Assembly (NCBI GenBank): GCA_001791305.1
Contig: MGEI01000005.1
Location: 340,208-404,207 of the forward strand
DNA length: 64,000 nt
Direction: 5' to 3'
DNA from: Candidatus Uhrbacteria bacterium RIFCSPLOWO2_01_FULL_47_17
GTDB lineage: Bacteria; Patescibacteriota; Patescibacteriia; UBA9934; GWF2-40-263
The position numbers and the translations under genes were made by a program. Below the pieces are notes generated by a model. That model did no database searches, had not been told where the DNA came from, and saw only the letters and a program-made list of their open reading frames with translations. This document shows positions 1-10,562 of the stretch, one piece after another; position 1 is the stretch's first letter, and the number at the start of each line of letters is the position of its first letter.

Positions 1-294
1 CGTTCTTCAAACAGTGTTTGCGCGAGAAGTCGCCGAACGGAGGGAAGTGGATTCCCTGTGTCTTCCAACGCTTCTTTTGTGGCGATGAGATCATTCACGT
101 TCAAGTGAAAGACAAAGGTATGGGCTGTGCCAGCACAGACATTCTGTGTAAATTCATCCATCCAGGCGTGCATGATTCCTCCGTGTTGAGTTGTGAAAAG
201 GTGCGTTTTTTGTTGGGAAAATACTGATTTCCGAACCGGAAAACTTACGTGTTTTCCGTAGTTTTGTCAAGTCTTTTCGCTGTTCGATCACTTT

Positions 295-323
295 TTGACA
301 TCCAAGAGATTTGTTCGTATCAT
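295..323 (+). promoter_or_regulatory. sigma70-type promoter for khpA-trmD
   Basis: TTGACA (295-300), 17 nt spacer, TATCAT (318-323). Confidence 0.65.
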
Positions 324-427
324 TGAGGTATTCGTTTTCCGCTTCTGGCATGCATCCATGCTTGCATAGGTCGACAGCTAAAGCAGAGACGAACATTCAA
401 GAACTGTAACAAATGAAAGAACTTGCT

Positions 428-784
428 ATGGCAGAAAAAGAATTCGACCAGACGTTTGTTGAATACGTTATTCGCGCGATTGTAAACAATCCAGATGACG
501 TGAAAACGGAACGTATTGTAGACGAACGTGGAGTACTCATTACGCTTCATATCAATCAAGCAGACATGGGATACGTCATCGGTCGCCAAGGTCAAACCGC
601 TCGCGCTGTACGAACCCTTCTTAAAATCGTCGGAGCAAAGGCAAACGCTCGCGTGAACCTGAAAATCTACGAACCAGAAGGATCTCGCCAACAACACATG
701 TCATCCCGCCAAGAGGCGATGGGTGGAAGCGTTGGAACAGACACACATGAGGACACATCAAGCGTGGACGACCTCGGAATCTAG
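428..784 (+). CDS. khpA: KH-domain RNA-binding protein (KhpA/YlqC family)
   Basis: DMGYVIGRQGQTARAVRTLL KH GxxG motif; next to trmD; alternative start at 413. Confidence 0.88.
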   Translation: MAEKEFDQTFVEYVIRAIVNNPDDVKTERIVDERGVLITLHINQADMGYVIGRQGQTARAVRTLLKIVGAKANARVNLKIYEPEGSRQQHMSSRQEAMGGSVGTDTHEDTSSVDDLGI

Positions 785-830
785 AATAAAAATCAAAAAT
801 CAGCTACGATAATCGCAGCTGATTTTTATT

Positions 831-1493
831 ATGAAAAAATTGCAATTCGACATTCTCACGATTTTTCCGGATATGATCGATTCTTACGCGAAAGAATCGA
901 TTCTTGGTCGTGCGCAAAAAGCGAAGTTGATCGATGTGCGTGCGCATGATCTTCGCGCATTCACAACCGACAAACATCACAAAGTTGATGACACACCGTA
1001 CGGCGGGGGGCCGGGAATGATCATGAAGGTCGAGCCGTTCGATCTCGCGCTCAAGAAAATAAAAAAAGGAAAAAAGGCGCGTGTGATTTTTACAGCCGCA
1101 AACGGAAAAACATTTTCGCAAGCGGATGCGCGACGACTCGCAAAATATGATCAAGTGATTTTTCTCTGTGGACGCTATGAGGGAATCGATCAACGTGTCG
1201 AGGATAATCTTGTCGACGAAACATTCTCGATTGGAAATTATGTTCTCACCGGTGGGGAACTGCCCGCGCTCGTAATGACAGACGCGATCGCAAGAAACAT
1301 TCCGGGTGTGCTCGGCGCAGAAGCATCGCTCGACAAAGAGTCACACACGGAAGAGGGCTATCTCGAGTACCCACAATATACAAAGCCGGAGAAATATAAA
1401 AAGTGGAGCGTGCCGGAAATTTTATTGTCGGGGGATCATAAGAAGATCGAAACATGGCGCGAGGAACAAAGCAAAAAAAAGAAGCGAGAGTGA
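831..1493 (+). CDS. trmD: tRNA (guanine37-N1)-methyltransferase
   Basis: VDDTPYGGGPGM, CGRYEGID, SIGNYVLTGGE, LEYPQYT, LLSGDH motifs. Confidence 0.97.
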   Translation: MKKLQFDILTIFPDMIDSYAKESILGRAQKAKLIDVRAHDLRAFTTDKHHKVDDTPYGGGPGMIMKVEPFDLALKKIKKGKKARVIFTAANGKTFSQADARRLAKYDQVIFLCGRYEGIDQRVEDNLVDETFSIGNYVLTGGELPALVMTDAIARNIPGVLGAEASLDKESHTEEGYLEYPQYTKPEKYKKWSVPEILLSGDHKKIETWREEQSKKKKRE

Positions 1494-1506
1494 TCTCGCT
1501 TTTACG

Positions 1507-1902
1507 TTACGGAGAATTTTCCGGATGATCCGGGTCGTAGGTACTCGGCGGTTGGCGCAGTTCGTGCGCGCGCGCGTCGTGGAGCATTTCTGCGGTGACC
1601 TTGCTTGAAGGCACTTCTGGTTTTGTGTCCGGTGTTTGGGTGGAAACGAGTTCCAGTTGTTTCACCTGACGAACCGTTTTCGCTTTCGCCTGACTGCGTC
1701 GCGTCATCTCATTCATGATGGCTCGGTACATGCGCGAGCGTTCCGCGTCTTTGTAGCCGTGATTGTCGAGCGCACGAAAAACCGCAAGGGGGAGTCTGTC
1801 GAATTTTGGTTTGAGAAGCAAAGCTTCATCCGTCAATTTTTTGAGGGTTTGCATTTCTGCCTCACGTCGTGCTCCTTCAGGGTTTCCGCGTTCGAGTACC
1901 AT
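1507..1902 (-). CDS. hypothetical protein
   Basis: 131 aa ORF convergent with trmD; shared hairpin at about 1482-1503. Confidence 0.5.
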   Translation of the reverse strand: MVLERGNPEGARREAEMQTLKKLTDEALLLKPKFDRLPLAVFRALDNHGYKDAERSRMYRAIMNEMTRRSQAKAKTVRQVKQLELVSTQTPDTKPEVPSSKVTAEMLHDARAHELRQPPSTYDPDHPENSP

Positions 1903-2005
1903 ACGTAGGGAAGGATAGCATGGGAAAGGCTTGAGAGGCTAGAGAGGCTTGAGTGGCCGAAAAGAAAGATAAAAAAATCGAGAACGGGTGTTCTCGATGA
2001 GGGGG

Positions 2006-3856
2006 CTAGTAGCCTGTGACTCCTTGAGCTGTGAGATCGCGGAGTTCTTGTGCCCATTTCTTGCGATCGCTATCTGCGTTTTCCGGATCCGGAAGCAGCG
2101 AGCGACGCGTGGTGTTCATGTAGGCCTGAAGGGTCTGAAAGCGACGCGTGGTTGCAATGTCTGCAGGGAGCTGATCATGAATCACCGCGAGTGCATCCTG
2201 AAGCGTTGCATCTTTCTTGCGAATGATGAGCGCTTCGAGTTCTGAGCCAAGCAATTGGAATGCTCCAGCCGAATAGCCTTTCAAAGCATCTTGCACCTGT
2301 TTCCATTCTTCCCCTTCCCGATTTGGGATGAGGTGTTTGATGGGGCGAAGCGTGAGCTCGATGAAATCATCGTAATCTTCTGCGATCGGATCATCCATCG
2401 GAATCACAATACTGAGACGCCCGGGCCTGCGCATGTCGGGCGAGAGCATGTGAAAGCGTGCGGTCATGAGGAGCCACACCACTTTTCCGCGCAAGCGCGG
2501 ATCCGCCATCCATCCCTGAATCGTGCCTGTCAGACGGCGTTCGGATTCGTGGGCGTTTGGTCCGACGCCACCGAAAACCGTATCCGCTTCATCAACGAGA
2601 ACCATCACTTTCGCAAGCGACTTCAGGACGCGATACAACTTTTCGATGATCACGTCTGTTTGTCCGAACCATTGCGAGCGGATATTTTTGAGGACAAGAA
2701 CCGGCATGCCGACTTGTGCCGCAAGCCCTTCAAAGACGAAAGACTTTCCGCCACCGATAGGTCCTGCAACACCCATGCCCGTTACCGCATCTTTGCCAGT
2801 TGATTGGATGCGACAGATGAGCTCATCCACAAACAATGCTTTGATCTTTCGACAACCGACCACATCCGCAAGCGAATGCATGGGTTGTTTGAACTCGACA
2901 ACGTCTTCACCAAGCTGGGACTTGATGTAGATTTCCACCCGCTTGATCACATCTTTCAACGTGACGGGGGACTTGTCATGAATCGCGCCTTTCAAGAGCT
3001 GACCGAGTGCCTGCAAGTTGAGGCCGGCCGTGTACGTCGCGAGTGTCTCTTTCGTGCTCCAAAGCGGCAACATACCGCTCACCTTCGCCGCTTCAAACCA
3101 CTCAATGAAATGCATGCGCGCGGTTTCATCCGGCGCCGGAACTTCCACTTTCATGACTTGCGGGAGTGATGTGAGACGACTGTTCATGAGGCCGATCGAT
3201 TCCGTGAGCAATACGACGGCATTGCGACCATGCGTGAAACTCGGATCTGAGAACCAATCCTGACAGATGGACAAACGCAGTCGATCGATTTCGGACAGAC
3301 GCGAGATTTCCGCTTCGGGAAGAAGCATGTCCGCCCATTCGATGATGATGATCAGCCGACTTGGCTTGACCACGTTGTTGTCATCCGTATCTTTGAACGT
3401 GATCGGAATTTGGCAGAAGGACCGCAGCAGCTGAAGTGCATAGGCGGGCCGTTCCAAACTCGTTTTCATCGAAAGATCGAAAGAGGTACCTGGCTCATCG
3501 AGCTTTTTGCGATCTGTATCCGTTGCCGTGAGTTGCATGAGGGAAAGCATACTTGCATCCATCCCCATTTTTGCCGCAGCCCAAGCATCGCGTACACGTT
3601 TTTTGTCTCCCTCGTTTACGAATCGAATTTGACGATTGGGTTCGTACACGATCGGAATGATGTCCGGACGGTCCCCCCACTTTTTCGTGAGATATTCCGT
3701 GAGGCTGATGTACTTACCATTTTTCCCTTCCGTCTTTTCAGGGAGAAAAAACAGGTCATGCACATTGCCGGAGAGTACAACAGAGCTCGATTGCCCTGAG
3801 TTCAAAATGCGATTGATCTGTGAACGGAACGGATGGTCGAATGTCTGATCGATCAT
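2006..3856 (-). CDS. AAA+ ATPase (degenerate N-terminal AAA plus active C-terminal AAA domain)
   Basis: Walker A GPIGGGKS, pore loop SQWFGQT, Walker B VLVDEAD, Arg finger RRPGR. Confidence 0.85.
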   Translation of the reverse strand: MIDQTFDHPFRSQINRILNSGQSSSVVLSGNVHDLFFLPEKTEGKNGKYISLTEYLTKKWGDRPDIIPIVYEPNRQIRFVNEGDKKRVRDAWAAAKMGMDASMLSLMQLTATDTDRKKLDEPGTSFDLSMKTSLERPAYALQLLRSFCQIPITFKDTDDNNVVKPSRLIIIIEWADMLLPEAEISRLSEIDRLRLSICQDWFSDPSFTHGRNAVVLLTESIGLMNSRLTSLPQVMKVEVPAPDETARMHFIEWFEAAKVSGMLPLWSTKETLATYTAGLNLQALGQLLKGAIHDKSPVTLKDVIKRVEIYIKSQLGEDVVEFKQPMHSLADVVGCRKIKALFVDELICRIQSTGKDAVTGMGVAGPIGGGKSFVFEGLAAQVGMPVLVLKNIRSQWFGQTDVIIEKLYRVLKSLAKVMVLVDEADTVFGGVGPNAHESERRLTGTIQGWMADPRLRGKVVWLLMTARFHMLSPDMRRPGRLSIVIPMDDPIAEDYDDFIELTLRPIKHLIPNREGEEWKQVQDALKGYSAGAFQLLGSELEALIIRKKDATLQDALAVIHDQLPADIATTRRFQTLQAYMNTTRRSLLPDPENADSDRKKWAQELRDLTAQGVTGY

Positions 3857-4776
3857 TGCGAGACTCCTTGTTGTTGCCAGTATTGGCAGTAGGTTTTGGG
3901 ATCAAGCACACTATCTTTCGTCCCCTCCTTTTCTTCCTTCGAAGGAAACACGACCGCTCGCAATTCATCCGCTTGCAGCATGATGCTGCCTGCGGAATCT
4001 TTGTCTGCATGTGCGAATACGGGACACGCTTTGTCGTACACCGTTGTTGCGCCGGGGAAGGATGTGTGTCCTTGTTCTCTCCAATTCCAGTACTTCGAAA
4101 GTCCGATCACACGATCTCCGATACTCACCGCTTCTTCAAGCGAGTGGGTGATCATGAGAACGGTGACCTTCGAGCGAAGATCACGCAGAATTTGTCGAGC
4201 ATCCCCGCGCGTTTCTTCATCGAGTGCACCAAACGGTTCGTCGAGAAGAAGAATTTGCGGTTCCATGATGAGTGCTCGCGCAATCGCAACGCGCTGCTGC
4301 ATGCCACCCGAAAGTTGGGAGGGATAGCGATGAAGGGCGTCACCGAGGCCGAGCCTCACGAGGAGTGCTTCTGCTTTCTCAAGATGTTCCTGGCGTTTGT
4401 GTGACCAAGAACCACTTACTCTTCCAACGGCACGTCCCGGAATGGTTGTTTCATTCACCATCGGTCCGAAGGCGACGTTTTGAATGGCAGTGAGATGCGT
4501 AAACAAGGAATATTTTTGATACACCATGCCACGATCACGACCATGTCCATCCACTTCGCGTTCCGCTCCAGAAGTGGAGATGAGCACACGTCCCGCTGAG
4601 GGAGGAAGGGAACCGACAATGATGTTGAGGAGGGTGGACTTTCCGCATCCGCTTGAACCAACAATGCCGACGATTTGACCATGCTCGATTTCGATGTCGA
4701 GCGGGGCGAGAACTTTGGTAGGTCCAAAGTGTCGCGACATCGCTTCACATCTGAGAATGATGTCTCGTTTGCTCAT
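3853..4776 (-). CDS. ABC transporter ATP-binding protein (TauB/SsuB type)
   Basis: GSSGCGKST, LSGGMQQR, LLLDEPFGALD, ITH. Confidence 0.95.
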   Translation of the reverse strand: MSKRDIILRCEAMSRHFGPTKVLAPLDIEIEHGQIVGIVGSSGCGKSTLLNIIVGSLPPSAGRVLISTSGAEREVDGHGRDRGMVYQKYSLFTHLTAIQNVAFGPMVNETTIPGRAVGRVSGSWSHKRQEHLEKAEALLVRLGLGDALHRYPSQLSGGMQQRVAIARALIMEPQILLLDEPFGALDEETRGDARQILRDLRSKVTVLMITHSLEEAVSIGDRVIGLSKYWNWREQGHTSFPGATTVYDKACPVFAHADKDSAGSIMLQADELRAVVFPSKEEKEGTKDSVLDPKTYCQYWQQQGVSQ

Positions 4777-5705
4777 GAGGCGGTCTCCTTTTTGCGTTCG
4801 TGACGCATGAGAGTTTGGATGTTGTTTTTCATCCGCGCCAAAAATCGATCCACGAAATCCGGCGGCGTCTCGTTTTCATGCCATGGGCATGAGACGCGTT
4901 GGATCTTTCGAAACGCGTATGAAATGAAGAGGCCGATGAGGCCAAGCGCCATCACATACGGAAAGGTCATGAATGCTCGTGGCGAACGATTGAGCTGCAT
5001 GAACCGGTGACCGATGCCATCGGAACCAACGATCCACTCCGTACCCATGAGAAACACGATGGCAGGAGAGATGGATTGGCGAACCGCTTCGATGATCTGC
5101 GGAATGATTTGTGGAAACACTACATACCACGTGACTTCCTGCTCAGACGCGCCGAGCGTTTTTGCCGTGAACACGTGTTCATCGGAAACGGATTTGGAAG
5201 CGAGGTAGACGTTTTTCGTGATCCCGACACAAATGCCAAACGCCATCACCCCCCAAAAGAGGGGATTCGACGTATGGAAAAGCGCGAGGAAGAAAATCAT
5301 CATGCCGTTTGCGGGAATGTGTTCCACAATCTCCATGATCGGCAAACACATTCTGCGCAGAAAATCGTAGAGACCCATATAGATCCCGACTGTGACGCAC
5401 AGCAGACTCGTTCCGCCGACGGCAATCAAGAGACGCGGTCCGGACACAAGAAAATCTTTCCAAAAAATGTAATCCCCTGATTGCGGATCAAGAAAGACGA
5501 GGAGTTTCAATCCCTCATAAAGACGATCGAACTTTGGCACGAGAGGAAATCTCGGCATGGGGGGAATGGTGTCTGTCTCGGCATAGGCGAGCGCTGTGTA
5601 GGCAAGAATCAGAAGCGCGATGCCGAGCACCGAGAAAAACATTCCAAGTTTTGGAGTCAAAGGCTTTCGTTGTGTAAAGATCAGCTTCAGTGTTTTTTGA
5701 AACAC
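4773..5705 (-). CDS. ABC transporter permease (TauC/SsuC type)
   Basis: multiple TM helices, EAA-like loop TAKTLGASEQE, GTG start after GGAGGTGA. Confidence 0.85.
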   Translation of the reverse strand: MFQKTLKLIFTQRKPLTPKLGMFFSVLGIALLILAYTALAYAETDTIPPMPRFPLVPKFDRLYEGLKLLVFLDPQSGDYIFWKDFLVSGPRLLIAVGGTSLLCVTVGIYMGLYDFLRRMCLPIMEIVEHIPANGMMIFFLALFHTSNPLFWGVMAFGICVGITKNVYLASKSVSDEHVFTAKTLGASEQEVTWYVVFPQIIPQIIEAVRQSISPAIVFLMGTEWIVGSDGIGHRFMQLNRSPRAFMTFPYVMALGLIGLFISYAFRKIQRVSCPWHENETPPDFVDRFLARMKNNIQTLMRHERKKETAS

Positions 5706-5724
5706 GTATCACCTCCATTGCAGA

Positions 5725-5787
5725 TTTTCAGTTCATCAGTCTTTCTGATGCGCTGAAAAAAAGAGCCAAGAGAGCGAGTCTCTTGGC
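5725..5787 (-). promoter_or_regulatory. hairpin + U-tract + second hairpin intergenic element
   Basis: minus strand GCCAAGAGA-ctcgc-TCTCTTGGC, T-run, TCAG-cg-CATCAG..CTGATG-aa-CTGAAAA. Confidence 0.55.
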
Positions 5788-5820
5788 AGAATGTCCGAAT
5801 CGTTCGCTCGCAAGAGGCGA

Positions 5821-7047
5821 TTACGGATTGGCACCCACGGTCGGGTTCGTGACGTAGCTCGCGTCGAAACGCAGGACGGCCGAAGGCGCTTCCGCCTTGG
5901 TGCCGAACGCCGTCACGACAGGACCGGAAATGGTCTTCGTAACCGACTTCGCGAACTCGGTCGTGAGCGGAATGGTCTTCTTGAAGTCCTCGGAGCCAAA
6001 CACGGCTTGCGCCTGGTCGGGCTTGATCGCGAGGGTCAGCGTCAGCGCGAGCTTGATCGTGTCGGCCGGCGTGTCCGAGAAGTTCTTCGACACAGCCGCG
6101 AGGGTCGCGGCCTGCGTCGTCGTGTTCTCCGCGCGGTTCACCATGGTGGTGTACGCTTCGGCGAGAGCCTTCACGGCTTCCTTGCCACCGGCGCGGTCGA
6201 GGGCGGACTGGCCGACCACGAACATGTCGGTGATTTCGTACTTGCCGAGCTTCGACGAGTTGAACAGGTCGTTGACATCCGGACGCGCCGCTGCAACCTT
6301 CAGGGTCTCCGGGCTCCAACCACCGAACGCGCGCATTTCGGGATTCGAATTCGCTGCGAACTGGTTGCTGCCGTCGACCGGATTCAGGTTCTGGAACGGG
6401 TAGTCCTTCACGTCGGTCTTGTTGATCGCGCAGCCACGCCAGTGCAGGTACCGCGTGACCGACATTTCGTCACCGAACACGGGCACACCCTTCAGCTGGG
6501 CCCAGTTCTTGATGTCGGGGTTGGTCTGGATCTTGTCCGCACCTTCCGAGACACTCGTCGCGAACGCGGCAACGGACGAATCCTTCACCGTGTCGAAACG
6601 CGCCTGAGCAACGGACAAGGCATCCGTATTCGTGATCACGACCGAGTCCACGATGCCACCCTGGTATTGCTCCATGGTCTTGCCGTAGTCCGCCTTGACG
6701 AGGACGATGTCCACGCCGTACTTGCGCTCAAGCTCACCGTGCTTGCCTTCGGCGGCATCGATGAGACCGACATCCTTTGCGGTGACGAGCAGCGACCACG
6801 TCGTGTACTCGCTCCACGCGAGGGTGAACTTCGGCAGATTCGCCGGAGCGGCTTCGGGCGCGGGGTTTGCGACCGCGGTCGGCGCGGGATTCGCGGCGGC
6901 GGCGGGCGGGGTCTCGGCCACGGGGGCCTTTTCGGCGACGACGGGTTCGTCCTTCACGGGCGTCTGCGGAGCCTCGCTCTTGCCGCACGCGGTGATCGCG
7001 AGGGCCGAGGCGAGGGCCATGATGTACTGAATGTTGCGCTTCAACAT
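5821..7047 (-). CDS. ABC-type solute-binding lipoprotein (NMT1/SsuA-like)
   Basis: AGGAG RBS, lipobox AITAC, Pro/Ala linker, FTLAWSEY and SEGADKI motifs of type II binding proteins. Confidence 0.75.
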   Translation of the reverse strand: MLKRNIQYIMALASALAITACGKSEAPQTPVKDEPVVAEKAPVAETPPAAAANPAPTAVANPAPEAAPANLPKFTLAWSEYTTWSLLVTAKDVGLIDAAEGKHGELERKYGVDIVLVKADYGKTMEQYQGGIVDSVVITNTDALSVAQARFDTVKDSSVAAFATSVSEGADKIQTNPDIKNWAQLKGVPVFGDEMSVTRYLHWRGCAINKTDVKDYPFQNLNPVDGSNQFAANSNPEMRAFGGWSPETLKVAAARPDVNDLFNSSKLGKYEITDMFVVGQSALDRAGGKEAVKALAEAYTTMVNRAENTTTQAATLAAVSKNFSDTPADTIKLALTLTLAIKPDQAQAVFGSEDFKKTIPLTTEFAKSVTKTISGPVVTAFGTKAEAPSAVLRFDASYVTNPTVGANP

Positions 7048-7161
7048 GTTGAGGAACTCCTGTACCTCGATGTGCTCGAGGTGTCTGTGTGTTGAAAGAT
7101 CACGGCCCGATCTTTGTAGGCTCCGTGTGTCGGCTTGTCCGACGCACGGATGGGAACAGTT

Positions 7162-7239
7162 CTTTCCCACGAATGTCGATTCAATCGGCACTCGTGTAAA
7201 AGGGTGATTGAGAATCAATCACCAGAGGGTTCAAAGAAC
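7162..7239 (-). promoter_or_regulatory. boxA-like + hairpin + CTTTT + hairpin + GAAAG element
   Basis: minus strand GTTCTTTGAA, GGTGATTGA-ttc-TCAATCACC, CTTTT, CACGAGTG..CATTCGTG, GGAAAG. Confidence 0.6.
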
Positions 7240-8120
7240 TAGTTGAGCACACCGGTTTCGGTCGTAGCAACGGGCTTGTCGACCGTTGCCTTGGCTGCGT
7301 CTTCTGCACGCCTGGCACCGAAGAGCATACCTTCGAGCTCGTTGTCTGAGGTGTGACTTTCCGCGAGGGCGATGAGTTCTGCTTCACGCATGTCGGCATT
7401 GGTGCCGGCGATTTCCGCGACAACTTCCGACTTTGCGACGAGCTGATTGACCGCGCCTTCGATGTTGGCTTGGAGTTCGCCTGTCTTGTCGGACTGCAGA
7501 CCAGCGATGATCGACTGAGCGCGAATGGCGCTCTGGGCCGCTGCAGCCTTTGCCGCAAGCGTACCGCGCTTTTCAACCGTCTCCTTCAGATCGCGTTGCA
7601 TCCCTTCCAGGCTGAACATGAGCTTCTTCTTTTCTGCTTCTCCACGCGTGATTTCTGCCTGCAGTTCATTGCAACGCTTTTGCCGACTCTCCAGAATGCC
7701 GCCAGCATCGCTGTAGGCCTTCATCAGGCGAGTGTATTCGATGTCGGCGGTGATTTCCGCTTCGGTCTTGCCGGCGGCGAGTTGCTTTTGACCGTACTGC
7801 ATGTACTCGATTTTCGCACCAGCGCGAAGTTTCGTCGCACGCTCCAGTTTGACATCTGCCTCAGCCTTGCTCGTCTCGCTCGTGGTCAGATTGGCTTTGA
7901 CGGTGGAGATTGCGTTGATCATTTCATCGACGCCCTTTTGCTTCGACTTGATGACTTCATCCATACCGGCCCGAACAACGTTCGGATCCGTGTACATCTT
8001 GTTGGTCGCGTTTTGAATCGCGCCAGCCGCCTGGTAATCTTTGACGCCGAGCCAACGCATGAGAGCTGAAAACCACTTCATGATGTCTTTCTCCGTGTCC
8101 CGGTTGTTGATTTGGGACAT
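7239..8120 (-). CDS. PspA/IM30-like coiled-coil protein
   Basis: amphipathic N-terminus (MKWFSALMRWLG), DP motif, long coiled coil; alternative start about 8081. Confidence 0.65.
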   Translation of the reverse strand: MSQINNRDTEKDIMKWFSALMRWLGVKDYQAAGAIQNATNKMYTDPNVVRAGMDEVIKSKQKGVDEMINAISTVKANLTTSETSKAEADVKLERATKLRAGAKIEYMQYGQKQLAAGKTEAEITADIEYTRLMKAYSDAGGILESRQKRCNELQAEITRGEAEKKKLMFSLEGMQRDLKETVEKRGTLAAKAAAAQSAIRAQSIIAGLQSDKTGELQANIEGAVNQLVAKSEVVAEIAGTNADMREAELIALAESHTSDNELEGMLFGARRAEDAAKATVDKPVATTETGVLN

Positions 8121-8156
8121 TCTGGGTTTGATCGCGTTTTTTAAGCCCGCAATCGT

Positions 8157-8972
8157 TTAGCTTTGACTCAGTTTGGCATACCTTGCCAACTGAGCCTCTT
8201 CCTCTTTATCACTCGCACCACTCAGAAGCTGTTGGCGGAAATCTTCTGCGCTTTTGGCTGTCGTGAGCAGTGCTTCCATTTCCTTGATGTTATCTCGGAC
8301 ATTCGACTGATCAACGGTTGCACCGATCAATCGTTTGATGCTGAGCTTGTTCACCATCGCAAGATATTTTCCAAGCTCTTCGATGGCGTTTTGAACATCA
8401 TCAAGCTCGCTTTCGGCGGTCTGAAGAAGTTCTGCCTTGCCTTCGCCACGAATACTTTTCGCTGTTTGTCGCAGTTTGAAGGATCGCTCGAGTTTTGCAA
8501 TGCATGCATTAAACGTGCTGTCGACGCGTTCGAGCATTCCAACGGAAAGTGATTCAGGAACGTTTTCCACCCATGTGCGATCAGATCTGAATGCGTCTGC
8601 GATGCTGCGCAGATCGTAAAGCAGATTTTCGTCACGTCTTTCCTCATCAGATGCAAGCAATCGATGGAAGTCATCGAGCTCTTGATTTCGCTTGTCCGCA
8701 ATCGCGTTGCGTTCTGCTTCGAATTTCGCTCGTGCTTTTGCGACTTCCGTTTCGATGAGCTTGTCTCGCCTTACGAGGATCCCGTAAAAAAATCCACCAA
8801 TACTTCCAATCAGGCAGGCCACTCCGCCAAAGACCGGAAGTTTCCAGTCGTCAGCAAGGAGCAATCCATACCCGAAGGGAACGGCGGCTCCGACAAGTGG
8901 ACCAAGAACACTCCAGTGACCGAACACTTGGGCACGGACACTTTTCTGAATGGCTTTTTTGTCGAAAGGCAT
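8157..8972 (-). CDS. membrane protein, two N-terminal TM helices plus helical cytoplasmic domain (XpaC-like architecture)
   Basis: two hydrophobic segments then coiled coil; directly upstream of PspA-like gene. Confidence 0.6.
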   Translation of the reverse strand: MPFDKKAIQKSVRAQVFGHWSVLGPLVGAAVPFGYGLLLADDWKLPVFGGVACLIGSIGGFFYGILVRRDKLIETEVAKARAKFEAERNAIADKRNQELDDFHRLLASDEERRDENLLYDLRSIADAFRSDRTWVENVPESLSVGMLERVDSTFNACIAKLERSFKLRQTAKSIRGEGKAELLQTAESELDDVQNAIEELGKYLAMVNKLSIKRLIGATVDQSNVRDNIKEMEALLTTAKSAEDFRQQLLSGASDKEEEAQLARYAKLSQS

Positions 8973-8982
8973 CCGAGCCCCC

Positions 8983-10527
8983 TTAGTAGGGACGTTGGGA
9001 GAGTTGGAACGTCACGCTTTGTGCGCTCCCGCTCTGGGTTTGTGAAGGTTCTGCGGTCGCTCGCACACGTGTGGGAGCGACACCGATCGAAACGAGTTCA
9101 TCGACCACGCTTTTTGCGCGCGCTTTTGCGAGCGCAAGATTTGCGGCCGGATCACCGTCGCCACGTGCGTGACCAATCACCGTGAGGTAATACGTTGGCC
9201 AAGCCTTGAGGCGTTCCGCAACGTCTTTCACGTCGCGCGTTCCTTGAATCTCGAGTGTGGCTCTGCCGCGCCCGAAACTGATTGTGTGTGCATCCATGTC
9301 GCCAACGGTCATGAGCGTTTTCCACTCGGCGTCCGTAAGCGCAGGGAGTGCCGCGACACCGCGCACCACTTCGTCCTGACCTTCGCCTGGATGAAAGTTT
9401 GCGGTTTGCATCGCGAGCAGAATCTTGTTGTCAAACAGTGCAGACTCTTTTCCATCCGTCGGATTGGTTTTGAGTTTGCCAGTCTTCACCAAGAATGCCG
9501 AGATCGATGCGATCATTTCGCGCATGGTCGGAAGGCCGTGGAGATCTGCGGCAGTCAGGAGTCCCATCTGCGCGTAGTTTTCCATGGTGTTCTTCCACTG
9601 AATGCCGTTCGCGATTTTCTTCGCCTGCTCTTCGGTGAGCGTGTCGCCGTTCAACTTTGCATCATCCATCACAAGCTTCGCCATTCCACCCGGTGCATTC
9701 TGATACGAGTGCAGCGCGCGGAAGTAGGCTTCCTCCACCGAACGCACCACCTTGGGTTGCTCGATGAGGAACTTGCGATTCACGACGAGAACGTCGACGA
9801 TTGTCCCAGACACCTTGGAGGTGTCATAGACCAGAATGACGTCGGGCAACGCAAGTGCTTTTGACAGTGCAGGTTCCCAAAGGAAATACACGGCCGGATC
9901 ACTTTTGTTTGCCTTCTTCAATCGATCAAGAACATCGTCTGCATCTTTCGCGGCCACGAGCCAGTCTTCTGAGGCAAGCGCGGGCAGCATGTTGGCGATT
10001 AAATGACGGGCAAGTGTTTCACTCGGCGAGTCCGCGGTGGCAACAATCTTCGCATCACGTCGGTTCAGCGCGGACACATTCGGAACGGCTTGCTTGTAGG
10101 CAACACCGCCGTCTGCGCCGTGTGATTCGTCGATGATGAGGGTGATTGCCCCCGGGAAAATGTCGAAGTCCGCGCCAGCCGCGATGTTCGTGTCGATCGT
10201 GAAGACCGCTATGTCGAGCTCGCCTTTCGCGAGCGCTTTCATGCGATCCGGATAATTCGCTTTGTCATCGATCGTACGCACGCCAATTTCACTTCGACCA
10301 AGTTGGTCTCGGAAATTCGGCGAACGGATGACCGCGTAGCCCGCGAACGAATCGAGGCCAATGCGGACATTGGTCTTGAATTTCGTCTCGGAACTCGTTT
10401 GGGTCACGAGGTCAGCTTGGAGCTTCGGAAGGATCAACACCTTGATGGCGAAGAAAATTACGAAGATGATTCCGATCGCCACAAAGGCGGTGATGATAAG
10501 ACGAATGGCTCTCGTGGTTGGGTCCAT
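8983..10527 (-). CDS. membrane-anchored solute-binding protein fused to OmpA-like domain
   Basis: AAGGAGG RBS, N-terminal TM, DESHGADG binding-protein motif, C-terminal IGHARGDGDPAANLALAKARAKSV. Confidence 0.82.
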   Translation of the reverse strand: MDPTTRAIRLIITAFVAIGIIFVIFFAIKVLILPKLQADLVTQTSSETKFKTNVRIGLDSFAGYAVIRSPNFRDQLGRSEIGVRTIDDKANYPDRMKALAKGELDIAVFTIDTNIAAGADFDIFPGAITLIIDESHGADGGVAYKQAVPNVSALNRRDAKIVATADSPSETLARHLIANMLPALASEDWLVAAKDADDVLDRLKKANKSDPAVYFLWEPALSKALALPDVILVYDTSKVSGTIVDVLVVNRKFLIEQPKVVRSVEEAYFRALHSYQNAPGGMAKLVMDDAKLNGDTLTEEQAKKIANGIQWKNTMENYAQMGLLTAADLHGLPTMREMIASISAFLVKTGKLKTNPTDGKESALFDNKILLAMQTANFHPGEGQDEVVRGVAALPALTDAEWKTLMTVGDMDAHTISFGRGRATLEIQGTRDVKDVAERLKAWPTYYLTVIGHARGDGDPAANLALAKARAKSVVDELVSIGVAPTRVRATAEPSQTQSGSAQSVTFQLSQRPY

Positions 10528-10562
10528 TACTGTTTCCTCCTTGTTGAAATAGGTCAGTTCGA

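Noticed and set aside
1-227. Open frame at the window start
   Set aside because: No recognisable motif, and a candidate promoter points the other way; cannot be assigned.
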